From: a virus
Lineage: Duplodnaviria; Caudoviricetes
Strand: one strand, 5' to 3'
Length of the DNA stretch: 49,269 nt
IMG/VR virus record: IMGVR_UViG_3300044711_000117
Coordinates: 1-49,269 of that record
Positions 34,157-43,000 of this stretch are shown piece after piece; positions within the stretch are counted from its first letter, which is position 1, and every line of letters starts with the position of its first letter. Made by a program: the position numbers and the translations under genes. Below the pieces are notes generated by a model, which was not told the origin of the DNA, ran no database searches, and worked only from the letters and a program-made list of their open reading frames with translations.

Positions 34157-37100
34157 CTACGCCACACCTCCCGCCCGTAGTGCCTCGGTCAGCTCGATGT
34201 GCCCGTTATCGACCTCGACGCGGATCAGGTCCCTCAACTTCGGGTCGCTGAAGTGGACGTGCACGACGGGCGACACGGCCACGGCGGTGCGGCCACCACC
34301 ATCCGTCGGCCGCCCGGCGCCGCTACCGCTGCGGGCGCGCACGGCGGCCATGGTGTCCGCCATCTGCTGCGCCTCCCGCACCGCGTGCGGCGCGTACTGC
34401 CGCACACCCACCGCGGCGCCGAGGGCGACCTGCTTGCCGACCTGATCCCGCAGCACCGTGGACGGGCTCTTGATGCCAAGCGCCTTCTTGATCGTGGCGA
34501 CCATGCCGCGAGCCAGCTTGTTCATCTCGGCCTGAATCTGCTTCTCCTGCGCCAACAGCCCAGACAGGAAGCCCTTCCCGGCGTCCTTCCCCGAGTCGAA
34601 CATGGCATCGGCCATGGTCCGGCCGAAAGAGGTGGTGAGCTTGTCCTGCGCGGCCGCGGCCTTGTTCAGGTTGCGGATATCCCCTGCGCTCGCGCCCGCC
34701 AGGACCGCCGCGAGCTGACTGCCCGGGCCGGCCTGCGCCAACTGGCTGAGCAGCGTCTTCGACAGACCCCGCTTCGACAGCGACTGCACCTCGGCCGCGA
34801 ACCGACTGGCGGTGCCTTGCCCGGTGCGCATCTGCCCGATCAGGTCCGAGATGTTGGTCGCGCCCGTACCGGTGACGGACAGGAAGTCGCCGAGGCCGCT
34901 GGCCTGGTCGCTGGCGAACTGCCGCGCCGCAGCGATCTGGGACTGGATTGAGGAGCGCTGATTGGCAAGGCTCTGCAGCCGGGCCGACGTGCGCAGATTC
35001 CCCGGGACTAGACGGCCGAAGCCAGCCGTCTGCAGCTTGGAATTGATCGACTTGACCGCCGAGGCGATCGCCGATGCGGACCCCGTCTCCAGCGACTTCA
35101 AGAAACCGTTGGCCAGGGTATTTGCTACCGACTGGACGCGCTTGGCCCTGGCGTTCGCGTTCGACAGTTCCTTGTCGGCCGCCGCCAGTTTCTTCCGCGC
35201 GGCCTTCAGCTCCTCCTCGGCCGCCTGGATCGCCAGCCGATCGCGCTTCCTCTGGCTCTTGGAGTGCGCTACCGCCTCATCATGCCGCAGCGCCGCGATC
35301 TCCCGCTCCAGCGCATCCACCCGCCGCTGAGCCGCCGTCACATCCGACCGGGCCCGACCTTGAGCCACCGTGCCCGAGGCGTACCCGGGCACCTGCATCC
35401 CCAGGTAACCGGCCAGGGCCATCGAATCCTGGTTGCTGTAGATGCGGGTACCGCGCGGGGTGACCTGCATCAACTCCGGGCCCTTCTCGCCCACCCACGC
35501 CGTCTGCCCGATCGGCGCGAGACCGCCCGATGCGTACCAGTGCGGCTTGTGGGCGTTCCACGACGCCCACGCGGTGATCGGATCCCCGTAGCGGCCCGAG
35601 ATGTACGACAGGCCCCACCGGATCTGCGTGGCGGCGTTTGTCTGCCAGTCGGAGCCAGCGCTGGCCATCTTGTTGGCCGGGAGGGCCTGCGGGATGCCGT
35701 AGGCGCCGCTGGACATGTTCTCCGCGTTCGCACGCCACCCCGACTCGGCGTTCCACAAGGCGCGCAGGGCGTCCATCTCCGCGGCAGCGTTCCCCGGCCA
35801 CAACTGACCGACCAGACCGGCCGCGTACTGCTGAGCGCTGGCCACATTCGGGCTCAGCGGAATGTCCTTGCTCTGCGGCGCCTTCGCCGACAGCAGCTTG
35901 CCGAGCCACTCCGCCGGAAGATTCACCCCGCTACTCAGCAGCGCCTGAGCCGCATCCAGAGGGCTCTTGAAGATGCCCTTCACGGTGCTTTCGAGGACAG
36001 CCTTCCCCGACAGGAGCCCCGAGAGCAGACCGGACATGATGTGCCCGCCGAGCTCCATCATCACCCGGCTGGGGCTGTGGATGTGGAACACGTCCTTGAT
36101 CGCGCCGACGATCTTGTCTTTGATCAGGCTCGCCCAGCGGCCGATGCCGTTCTTGGCGTCGTTGATGACCGCCCACGTGCCATCGATCAGGCCACGGATC
36201 ATGTCCGCGCCGGACCCCGTCAGCCACCTCTTCGCGCCGTCAAAGGCACCCACAGCGTGGTCGATCACGTTCCGCTGGAACCATCCGCCGATCCCGCGGC
36301 CGACGCTCAGCGCGCCGTCTTTCAGCCCGGACACGATCGCCGATCCGCGATCCACCAGCCACCGACCGGCCGTACGGAACGGCGACACGACCGGGCTGAT
36401 GACGTGGTCGCTCACCCAGCCGCCCAGCCGGGTAGCGCCACGAGAGATGCCTCGCGTCAGGCCGCCCACGAACTCGCCGCCACGCTTGATCAGCCAGCCG
36501 CCGGCCCCGACGAACGGTTTGAGCATGTAGCCGATGCCCTCACCGATCTTCGCGATCACCCACGCGAAGCCGGTCTTGATGCCGTTGCCGAGGCCCCGGA
36601 CCGCCGTGCGGCCGGCGTCCACCAGCCGCAGACCCCACACGCCGACGCGAGTCGTGAACAGGCCCGACTCGCGCTCCAAGACGGCCGTCCCATCAGGGAA
36701 GACTCGCACGAGGCCCTTCCACAGCGACTCACCGAAGAACTTCGCGACCTTCCCCGCGGCGTCACCGATCGGCTTCGTCAGCGCGCCGACCTTCCGCAAC
36801 ATCGGCGCCGCCGCCTTCAGCACCGGGATCCGCTCAAAGACCTTCGCCAGCGGGCCCGCGACCTTACCGACGCCGATGAAGCTGAGCGCGGCAATAACCG
36901 TGTCCCACCAGTGCTTCTCCCAGAAATGAGGAGAGAACAGGTCCATGCCGAAACTGGTGATGAACCCGATCGCGAACCCCAGCGACTGGCCGCCGACGCT
37001 CTTGCCGACGTCGGTCCAGTCGATGCCGCCGAGAGCCTTCTCCAGCTTCTTCGCGATGTCCGCCGTGTGCGTGGTCACCCACTGGAAAGCCGTCCCCAGC

Positions 37101-38617
37101 CCCTCGCCGATCTGCTTACCGAGCTTGCCCCAGTCGATGTTCCCGATGGCGTCACCGATGCCACCAGAGATCAGACCCCGCAACTGCTCGCCGAGCTTGG
37201 TCGCCTGCGACTTGACCGGCGCCGGAGCCTTCACCGTTGCCGGGATCCGCGTCGTCCCCACCTTCACCGTGGGGGACGGGACGATCAGGTCCGGGCGGCG
37301 CAACGAGTTCGGGATCAACGTGGCCGGCGCCTTGATGGTCGGCGACGGCAGCCTGACCACCGGCTTCTTCTTCGGAGTCAGACCGTTGAAGAAATCGCCA
37401 ATGAGCCCCGAGACTGTAGAGAAACCAGACTCGATCTGGTCGACAGGAACCAGATTCACCAGGGCAGTCGAGAATTTCCCTACCTCTGGTAGTGCCGACT
37501 TGTTCAGGTACGACACAAACGACGTGATCGGCGGCAGGAGTTTCATGCCAATCTTGATCGCGAATACGTCGAGATTCGATTCAAGGATCTTCAGTTGCGC
37601 GCCGGCCGTCTTACGCTGCGCAGCGACCGCCGGGCCATACTTCCCCATGCTGGAGTTGACCTGATCCTGCTTCTTCCGCAGCACGTCCAGGTTGTTGAGC
37701 AGCGTCAGGATGCCGCTGGAGCTGCGGCCGCCACCGAACGCCCTGCTGAGGATCTGCGACTGGCGCTCAGCCGACAGCCCGGACTTGTCGAGGTGGTCCC
37801 TCAACAGCGACACCGCGCCGATGAGCCCCTGCGGGCCGCGCATGGCCTTGGCCAGGTCGAGCCCGTTCAGGCCGATCTTCTTGAGCTGCTTGTCTGCGGC
37901 CGCGCTGGGCGCGCCCAACAGGGAGAACGACATCCGCAACCGGGTCGCCGCGTCCACGGCCGGAATGCCCTCATCCGTCATCAGCGCCAAGGCGCCACCG
38001 ACCTGCTTCAGCGACAGCCCGAAGGACTTCGCCGACGGCAGGATGCCCGTCCCGATCGCGGCGACGAAGTCCTCCATGCGCATGTTGCCCGCGCCGATGA
38101 TCGCGTTGACCGTGGCGGCCGCGGTGCTGAAGTCCCCCGCGCCCTTGATCCCGGACCGCCACGCGCCGGCCAGCGCGTTGGTCGTGTCCTCCAAATTGGA
38201 GCCGCCGAGCGCGGCCAGGTCCGAGGCGGCCTTCAGGTCCTTCATCGCGCTGACGTTGTCGAGCCCGACGCTCTTGAGGTGGTACATCGCGTCGGCCAAC
38301 TGCTGCGGGCCCTGCTCGCTCGTCTTGCCCAGCTGCAGGATGCCCTTGGACAGCACCGCCACGTCCCGCGCGGTGCCGCCAGCTTGGGTTTGGACCTTCT
38401 TCATCTCCGACTGGAACTCGACGGCCTTCTTCGCCGACTCGCCAAGCCCCACCGCGAGGCCACCAGCGAGCGCACCGCCCGCCAGAGTCACGGTCTTCGC
38501 CAGCCGCCCAAGGCCACGGTCCAGAACCGATGCCCGGCCGGCCACCCGGTCGAAAGTCCGCGAGGCGCTATCCCGGGCGATCAGGTCGTACCGGACACCA
38601 GTTGTGCGGATAGCCAC
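34157..38617 (-). CDS. Tape measure protein with SLT/lysozyme-like domain
   Basis: 1486 aa; TP901-type core, aromatic repeats, IHSPSR motifs, LWNAESGW...AYGIPQA. Confidence 0.95.
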   Translation of the reverse strand: MAIRTTGVRYDLIARDSASRTFDRVAGRASVLDRGLGRLAKTVTLAGGALAGGLAVGLGESAKKAVEFQSEMKKVQTQAGGTARDVAVLSKGILQLGKTSEQGPQQLADAMYHLKSVGLDNVSAMKDLKAASDLAALGGSNLEDTTNALAGAWRSGIKGAGDFSTAAATVNAIIGAGNMRMEDFVAAIGTGILPSAKSFGLSLKQVGGALALMTDEGIPAVDAATRLRMSFSLLGAPSAAADKQLKKIGLNGLDLAKAMRGPQGLIGAVSLLRDHLDKSGLSAERQSQILSRAFGGGRSSSGILTLLNNLDVLRKKQDQVNSSMGKYGPAVAAQRKTAGAQLKILESNLDVFAIKIGMKLLPPITSFVSYLNKSALPEVGKFSTALVNLVPVDQIESGFSTVSGLIGDFFNGLTPKKKPVVRLPSPTIKAPATLIPNSLRRPDLIVPSPTVKVGTTRIPATVKAPAPVKSQATKLGEQLRGLISGGIGDAIGNIDWGKLGKQIGEGLGTAFQWVTTHTADIAKKLEKALGGIDWTDVGKSVGGQSLGFAIGFITSFGMDLFSPHFWEKHWWDTVIAALSFIGVGKVAGPLAKVFERIPVLKAAAPMLRKVGALTKPIGDAAGKVAKFFGESLWKGLVRVFPDGTAVLERESGLFTTRVGVWGLRLVDAGRTAVRGLGNGIKTGFAWVIAKIGEGIGYMLKPFVGAGGWLIKRGGEFVGGLTRGISRGATRLGGWVSDHVISPVVSPFRTAGRWLVDRGSAIVSGLKDGALSVGRGIGGWFQRNVIDHAVGAFDGAKRWLTGSGADMIRGLIDGTWAVINDAKNGIGRWASLIKDKIVGAIKDVFHIHSPSRVMMELGGHIMSGLLSGLLSGKAVLESTVKGIFKSPLDAAQALLSSGVNLPAEWLGKLLSAKAPQSKDIPLSPNVASAQQYAAGLVGQLWPGNAAAEMDALRALWNAESGWRANAENMSSGAYGIPQALPANKMASAGSDWQTNAATQIRWGLSYISGRYGDPITAWASWNAHKPHWYASGGLAPIGQTAWVGEKGPELMQVTPRGTRIYSNQDSMALAGYLGMQVPGYASGTVAQGRARSDVTAAQRRVDALEREIAALRHDEAVAHSKSQRKRDRLAIQAAEEELKAARKKLAAADKELSNANARAKRVQSVANTLANGFLKSLETGSASAIASAVKSINSKLQTAGFGRLVPGNLRTSARLQSLANQRSSIQSQIAAARQFASDQASGLGDFLSVTGTGATNISDLIGQMRTGQGTASRFAAEVQSLSKRGLSKTLLSQLAQAGPGSQLAAVLAGASAGDIRNLNKAAAAQDKLTTSFGRTMADAMFDSGKDAGKGFLSGLLAQEKQIQAEMNKLARGMVATIKKALGIKSPSTVLRDQVGKQVALGAAVGVRQYAPHAVREAQQMADTMAAVRARSGSGAGRPTDGGGRTAVAVSPVVHVHFSDPKLRDLIRVEVDNGHIELTEALRAGGVA

Positions 38618-38659
38618 GACGTCCCCTCAGCTTCTCGGGAGCCGCCGCGCGGCCGTCAG

Positions 38660-39180
38660 CTACTGGTCAAGCGAGGCGTCGGACTGGCGGCGTTCCTCAG
38701 CCTCGATCAGGTAGAGGACATGCCACTCCGACAGTTCCCGAGAGGTGAGCCGCCGCAGCAGCTCACCCTGGGTCATTCCGAGGTCGCGGGCGAGAGTGAG
38801 GACGAAGCGGCGCCATCCCCGGTCGGCGCCGTCTCGGAGTTTCCCTCCATCGCCGCCTCGTCCTCGTCGCTCATCCCGGACAGGCGGGCAGCGACCTCGT
38901 ACAGGCGGTTCAGGACCAAGCTGGACTTCTTCCCGAGTTCGGGGGCGTGCCGCTCGGAGAAGATGCGGGTGCCGTTCTCGTTCACCAGCACTCGCACAAG
39001 CAGCTTGGCCCGCGCGTTGGTGACGTCGATCTCGCCATTGCGGCGGATCGACTGCTCGAAGGCGTCCCTCTCGGCGCCGGTCATCGCCTTGACGCGGACC
39101 TTTCCTCCCCACTCGGGGCAGTCCACGGTCTCGGTGACGATGTCGTCGGCCGCCAGGATGGCGTCGGCGGACAGGGTCAT
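38660..39180 (-). CDS. Tail assembly chaperone, -1 frameshift product
   Basis: Slippery GGGAAAC (38839-38845); -1 frame RRFVLTLARDLGMTQGELL...SRELSEW. Confidence 0.85.
38773..39180 (-). CDS. Tail assembly chaperone, short form
   Basis: ILAADDIVTETVDCPEWGGKVRVKAMTGAERDAFE. Confidence 0.9.
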   Translation of the reverse strand: MTLSADAILAADDIVTETVDCPEWGGKVRVKAMTGAERDAFEQSIRRNGEIDVTNARAKLLVRVLVNENGTRIFSERHAPELGKKSSLVLNRLYEVAARLSGMSDEDEAAMEGNSETAPTGDGAASSSLSPATSE

Positions 39181-39194
39181 GTGCTGCTCACTCT

Positions 39195-39674
39195 CTACGT
39201 GATGTCTCTTGAAATGCCGTCCATGATGCGGTTCACCGCGAGGCGAGCGCGCGGACCGGCCACGCGCATGACCTTGTAGAAGTACGGGTGCGGCTCCTGC
39301 TTCACCCACACCTCGCGGTTGCCGTACACCGGGTGACGCCATGGGCTCTTCAAGCCCTCCATGTACGACTGCACAGCCCGGGCCTGCGGCGGCATCCTCC
39401 GGCCGTCCACACGGAGCACCGCCGAGGCCTGCTTGCCAGCCGTCTTGAGCTGCAGAGTCGTCGCCCGCGACATCTGCCCCCGCAGCCCATCGGCCGTGAA
39501 CGGGCGCTTGGACGGGATCTGTCTGATGCTCGCACGGACCGCTGGGATGACAGGCTTCGCGGCGATCCGCAGCTCCTTCCGGAACCGCTTGAGCACCTCA
39601 CGGTCATCCATCGCCCGCAGCTCGCGCACGATCCTCGTCAAATCCCGGCCGTGCCGCAGCTCCGCGCCGGTCAT
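39195..39674 (-). CDS. Basic tail-completion (HK97 gp10-like) protein
   Basis: Basic helical protein with WRHPVYG...W..Q..HPYF; TGATG coupling. Confidence 0.7.
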   Translation of the reverse strand: MTGAELRHGRDLTRIVRELRAMDDREVLKRFRKELRIAAKPVIPAVRASIRQIPSKRPFTADGLRGQMSRATTLQLKTAGKQASAVLRVDGRRMPPQARAVQSYMEGLKSPWRHPVYGNREVWVKQEPHPYFYKVMRVAGPRARLAVNRIMDGISRDIT

Positions 39675-40156
39675 CAGGACGGGATGGCGACGTTTTCGCT
39701 GGGCTCTTTGGTGATCGCGAAGTTCACCGTGAGCTGCGCCACCGACGTTACGTCGGTCTGCTTGGGAACGGATGTGACCTTCACCGGGAAGACGTCCGCC
39801 AAGTGCCCGGCGACGTCGCCCTCCCACATCCAGATGATGTATCCAGCACTGCCGCGCGACAGCAGCGTCCGCACATCCGTGCTGGTGCTGTCCGCGTAGA
39901 ACGTCAGGCTCGAGTCGCCGGCGGTGGTCGTGGAGGACACCTTGGAGATGAACACAGAGCCCAGCGACGGGGCGTCCTCGGTGTTGCCGGTGACCTCCCA
40001 GCCGGACACGGCGCTGATCTCGTCGCTCAGATCCGTACCGGCGTTGATCTCGCTGCGGGTCGGGCTCGCGATATTGGACACCGACGGCGCCCACACGCAC
40101 TTGGATACGCCCTGCCGGTAGTACCGGTCGCTGGCGGTGATCGGGGTTGCGCTCAC
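39674..40156 (-). CDS. Major tail tube protein
   Basis: PTRSEINAGTDLS..I..VSGW...DVFPVKV. Confidence 0.9.
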   Translation of the reverse strand: MSATPITASDRYYRQGVSKCVWAPSVSNIASPTRSEINAGTDLSDEISAVSGWEVTGNTEDAPSLGSVFISKVSSTTTAGDSSLTFYADSTSTDVRTLLSRGSAGYIIWMWEGDVAGHLADVFPVKVTSVPKQTDVTSVAQLTVNFAITKEPSENVAIPS

Positions 40157-40413
40157 TTCTCGTCACCCTCCTTGGGGGCCCGCCGACGCGACGGCTTCTC
40201 CGGCGCGCGCTGGCTCTTCTCCCCGACCGGCAACGCCGCCGGGGCCTCCTCGCTGCTGACGGTCCCGTCCGGATCCGGTTCGGGCTGGGGCTCCGGCTTC
40301 GGCGGCGGATCCGTCACCACCCAGCCCGATGCCCGGTGACCGGCCACCAGTCGATCCTCGACCTCAATCACCTGCTCCGACGGCAGATCCGGGTGCCGCA
40401 TCCACGTACTCAC
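40153..40413 (-). CDS. Hypothetical protein
   Basis: MRHPDLP...SGW; coupled. Confidence 0.7.
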   Translation of the reverse strand: MSTWMRHPDLPSEQVIEVEDRLVAGHRASGWVVTDPPPKPEPQPEPDPDGTVSSEEAPAALPVGEKSQRAPEKPSRRRAPKEGDEK

Positions 40414-40751
40414 GACACGCTCACCCGCACCACGGCCACCGTCACGCTGGTGACCCCGTCGTAGGTGATCGCCGCCCGCCCCGTCCCGGGGTCCCGGTAC
40501 CGGTCAGTCACTGGGATGAGCTCGGTCTTCCCCGCAGCGACGGTCACCGTCCGGTCCGAGATCGTCAGATCCCCGTCGACCGTCCCCGGCGTCGCCAGCG
40601 TCACCGTGTGCGAACTGGCGTCCCCGTTCTTGACCGCCAAGAACACCCCGGCGCCCGTCTGGCAGTCATCCCCACCAGACGTAGCCGCCACCAGCACGCC
40701 GTCCAGTTGCAAGCCCGTCAAGGGCACCACATTCGTTACCAGGGCAGCCAT
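40410..40751 (-). CDS. Small beta-rich virion protein
   Basis: GAGGGG RBS; FLAVKNG...TVT...DRTVTVAAG. Confidence 0.8.
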   Translation of the reverse strand: MAALVTNVVPLTGLQLDGVLVAATSGGDDCQTGAGVFLAVKNGDASSHTVTLATPGTVDGDLTISDRTVTVAAGKTELIPVTDRYRDPGTGRAAITYDGVTSVTVAVVRVSVS

Positions 40752-40854
40752 GGCCCCTCACTTCCTCGTCACGAAACGACCACAGCCCGCACACGCGCAG
40801 CGGGCGGATGGGATAGTGCGGGCCACTAACGGCCACACCAAAGGGGGACACACG

Positions 40855-41172
40855 GTGAACCTGCGCGACGCAAAAGCCCAGATCGAGCGCGACCACCCGG
40901 AACTCACAGGGACAGCGAAGATCCAAGCCATCAAGGCGCTCCGCGAGCAGGACGCGGCCAGCACAGCCAAGCCAGCAGCTGACGACGCCCCGACGCCGGC
41001 CACCGTCGTCGACGCCTGGGTGCTCCTCGCGCTCGTCTTCATCGGCATGCGGCTCATCGCCTGGCCCATCTGGGGATCACCCACCGCCGGGCCCACCTGG
41101 TACGACGTGCTCTACGTCGTCCTGCTCATCACCGCCATCACCGCCGTGGTCGGCGCCTACCGACGCCGCTAG
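40855..41172 (+). CDS. Two-TM membrane protein inserted antisense within the tail operon
   Basis: AGGGGG RBS; two hydrophobic helices; C-terminal RRR; stop overlaps the convergent stop. Confidence 0.75.
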   Translation: MNLRDAKAQIERDHPELTGTAKIQAIKALREQDAASTAKPAADDAPTPATVVDAWVLLALVFIGMRLIAWPIWGSPTAGPTWYDVLYVVLLITAITAVVGAYRRR

Positions 41173-41633
41173 CGGCGGGAGTAGCTCTGGCAGTCCACAC
41201 CGAACGCGATCTGCGCCAGCGCCCCCTGCGGGGTCTGCGGCTGCGTCAACGTGTGCGCCCCCAAGACGGCCAGATCGACGGCACCCCCGAGTCGCGGGTT
41301 ATCCGCCAGCGCGCCGCCGACCGCGCTGAACAGGGCATAGGCGCGGCGCCGGGCGGTCGGCATGTCCGTGGACGAACCCAGCAGCACCTGCACCGCACAG
41401 TTGATCGTGAACGTCTCCCGGTCCCGCGCGCGGCTAAGCCCCTCGTGCTCGTTCGAGCCGTCCTCGACCGCGGACAGCGACTCGTCCTCGAAACCGACCG
41501 TCACGGCTTCCATGATGGGATCCGCCGACACCACCGGGCCGTCCAAAACCGTCACGCCCTCCAGAGCCGTGGCCGTGGACAGCACGCCAACCAGCGCGTC
41601 ATAGGCGTCTGGGACACTCGACGACCAAACCAC
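41169..41633 (-). CDS. Tail terminator / neck protein
   Basis: VLDGP, ARRRAYALF..V..AL..NPRLGGAV; position in the operon. Confidence 0.75.
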   Translation of the reverse strand: MVWSSSVPDAYDALVGVLSTATALEGVTVLDGPVVSADPIMEAVTVGFEDESLSAVEDGSNEHEGLSRARDRETFTINCAVQVLLGSSTDMPTARRRAYALFSAVGGALADNPRLGGAVDLAVLGAHTLTQPQTPQGALAQIAFGVDCQSYSRR

Positions 41634-41643
41634 CACGACCCCC

Positions 41644-42249
41644 TCACGCGATCCCCGGCGGCCGGCGGTATGGCTGCCACAGTTCCAGCACCCGCTGCGG
41701 CAGTGCGAACCCCGTCGGGATACGCACCGCATCATCCGCAGCGGTAGGCAGGCCGACGCGCTGCAGGCCACCCTGCTGCGTCATCGACCACAGGTGCCGG
41801 ATCAGTTCCAGCGCGCCCAGACGCACCGTGTACGGGACCGTGCCCGGGCCCGCGGTGTACACCACCTTCACGTTCTTGGTGCCCACCGCGAATCGGGCCG
41901 ACTGGCCACCGAAAGTGCGCCGGGTGATCTGGCCCGTGCCGTAATCCACCGTGTACGCGAATGCGCTGTTCTGCTGCCCGAGCGGCTGCTCCGTCAGCGG
42001 AAACGTCGACTGCCCGTAGAACTCGGTCACCGAATCCACACTCGCCAGCGGCAGCCAGTCCGGGACGATTGTGGGCCGACCGCCGTCGAACCACTGCGTG
42101 TGCTGCTCCGCCACAACCGGACCCACCACGTCCCGGGCCATCTCACTTGCCGCCAGCATGAATCCCTGCAGCTCGGCGTCCTGCGTCAGGTCATCGATGG
42201 CGATGTTGAGATGGTCCTTCACCGAGGCCAGGTCAACGATTGACGCCAT
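41644..42249 (-). CDS. Head-tail adaptor
   Basis: VDLASVKDHLNI...DAELQGFM.AA; VVYTAG; LP.RVLELW. Confidence 0.85.
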   Translation of the reverse strand: MASIVDLASVKDHLNIAIDDLTQDAELQGFMLAASEMARDVVGPVVAEQHTQWFDGGRPTIVPDWLPLASVDSVTEFYGQSTFPLTEQPLGQQNSAFAYTVDYGTGQITRRTFGGQSARFAVGTKNVKVVYTAGPGTVPYTVRLGALELIRHLWSMTQQGGLQRVGLPTAADDAVRIPTGFALPQRVLELWQPYRRPPGIA

Positions 42250-42258
42250 GACTGTGTC

Positions 42259-42591
42259 TCAGGTCCGGTTGGGCGGCTCCGCCGCCTTCGTCGTCCGCTT
42301 CGGGGCTGGGCCGACGCTGCGGGCGCCGCTGAGCACGTGCTCGAGCTGCTTCCCGACGAGCTGGATCTCCGCGGCGGCCACGCTCGGGATGCGCTTCCTT
42401 CCGCCGCCCTGCTTGTCCTCGACCTCGATCGTCGCCGGGTCGACCAGGCCCCGGTTCTCCTGCACCGCCTCCCGCACCTCGTCGGCCATCGTCTCCAGCT
42501 GGGCGCGGATGTCCGCCGCCTGCTCGGGGTCGGAGTCCTTGACCTGGTCGAAGCGGTCGATCAGACCGCGAGCGATGTTGATCGGATTCAT
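42259..42591 (-). CDS. Hypothetical protein
   Basis: AAAGGG RBS; ORF fills the gap in the head operon. Confidence 0.7.
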   Translation of the reverse strand: MNPINIARGLIDRFDQVKDSDPEQAADIRAQLETMADEVREAVQENRGLVDPATIEVEDKQGGGRKRIPSVAAAEIQLVGKQLEHVLSGARSVGPAPKRTTKAAEPPNRT

Positions 42592-42604
42592 GGGTGGAGC
42601 CCTT

Positions 42605-42988
42605 TCAGGTAGCGGCGAGCACAGAGAACGTGAAGCTGGGGGTGGTGCCGGTGATCGCCCACGCAATCTGGGCGTACAGGCCCTTGACCTGTACCTGCTT
42701 GACCACCGTCCCGGCCGCGGTGATCGCAGTGAACGTGTCGCCGCCGCCGTCCGGGGCACCGAAGTTGGTGCCGTCGTCCGACCACAGCACCGACAGCGTC
42801 ATCGACGGGCTCGTCCCTGAAACCGCCGAGACGTTGACCTCCAAATCGAGCACGGACGTGTCCGACAGCGCCAGCGGGCCAGAGTTGCCCGACGCCGTGC
42901 GCGCGGCAGACGACACGAGAGTGAACGGACCAGCCACTGCAGCGGCTCCTTCCAGCAGCGCGTGGCCGGACCTTGGGGCCCCGGCCAC
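42605..42988 (-). CDS. Beta-rich virion (possible capsid decoration) protein
   Basis: VNVSAVSGTSPSMT...SDDGTNF...GTTPSFTFSV; follows the capsid gene. Confidence 0.7.
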   Translation of the reverse strand: MAGAPRSGHALLEGAAAVAGPFTLVSSAARTASGNSGPLALSDTSVLDLEVNVSAVSGTSPSMTLSVLWSDDGTNFGAPDGGGDTFTAITAAGTVVKQVQVKGLYAQIAWAITGTTPSFTFSVLAAT

Positions 42989-43000
42989 GCAAAGGACGGC

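Noticed and set aside
35264-37492. 742-aa plus-strand ORF (likewise 37595..39202, 42962..45073, 25018..26376 and others)
   Set aside because: Antisense shadows of real high-GC genes; stop-poor frames with no RBS or recognisable motifs.
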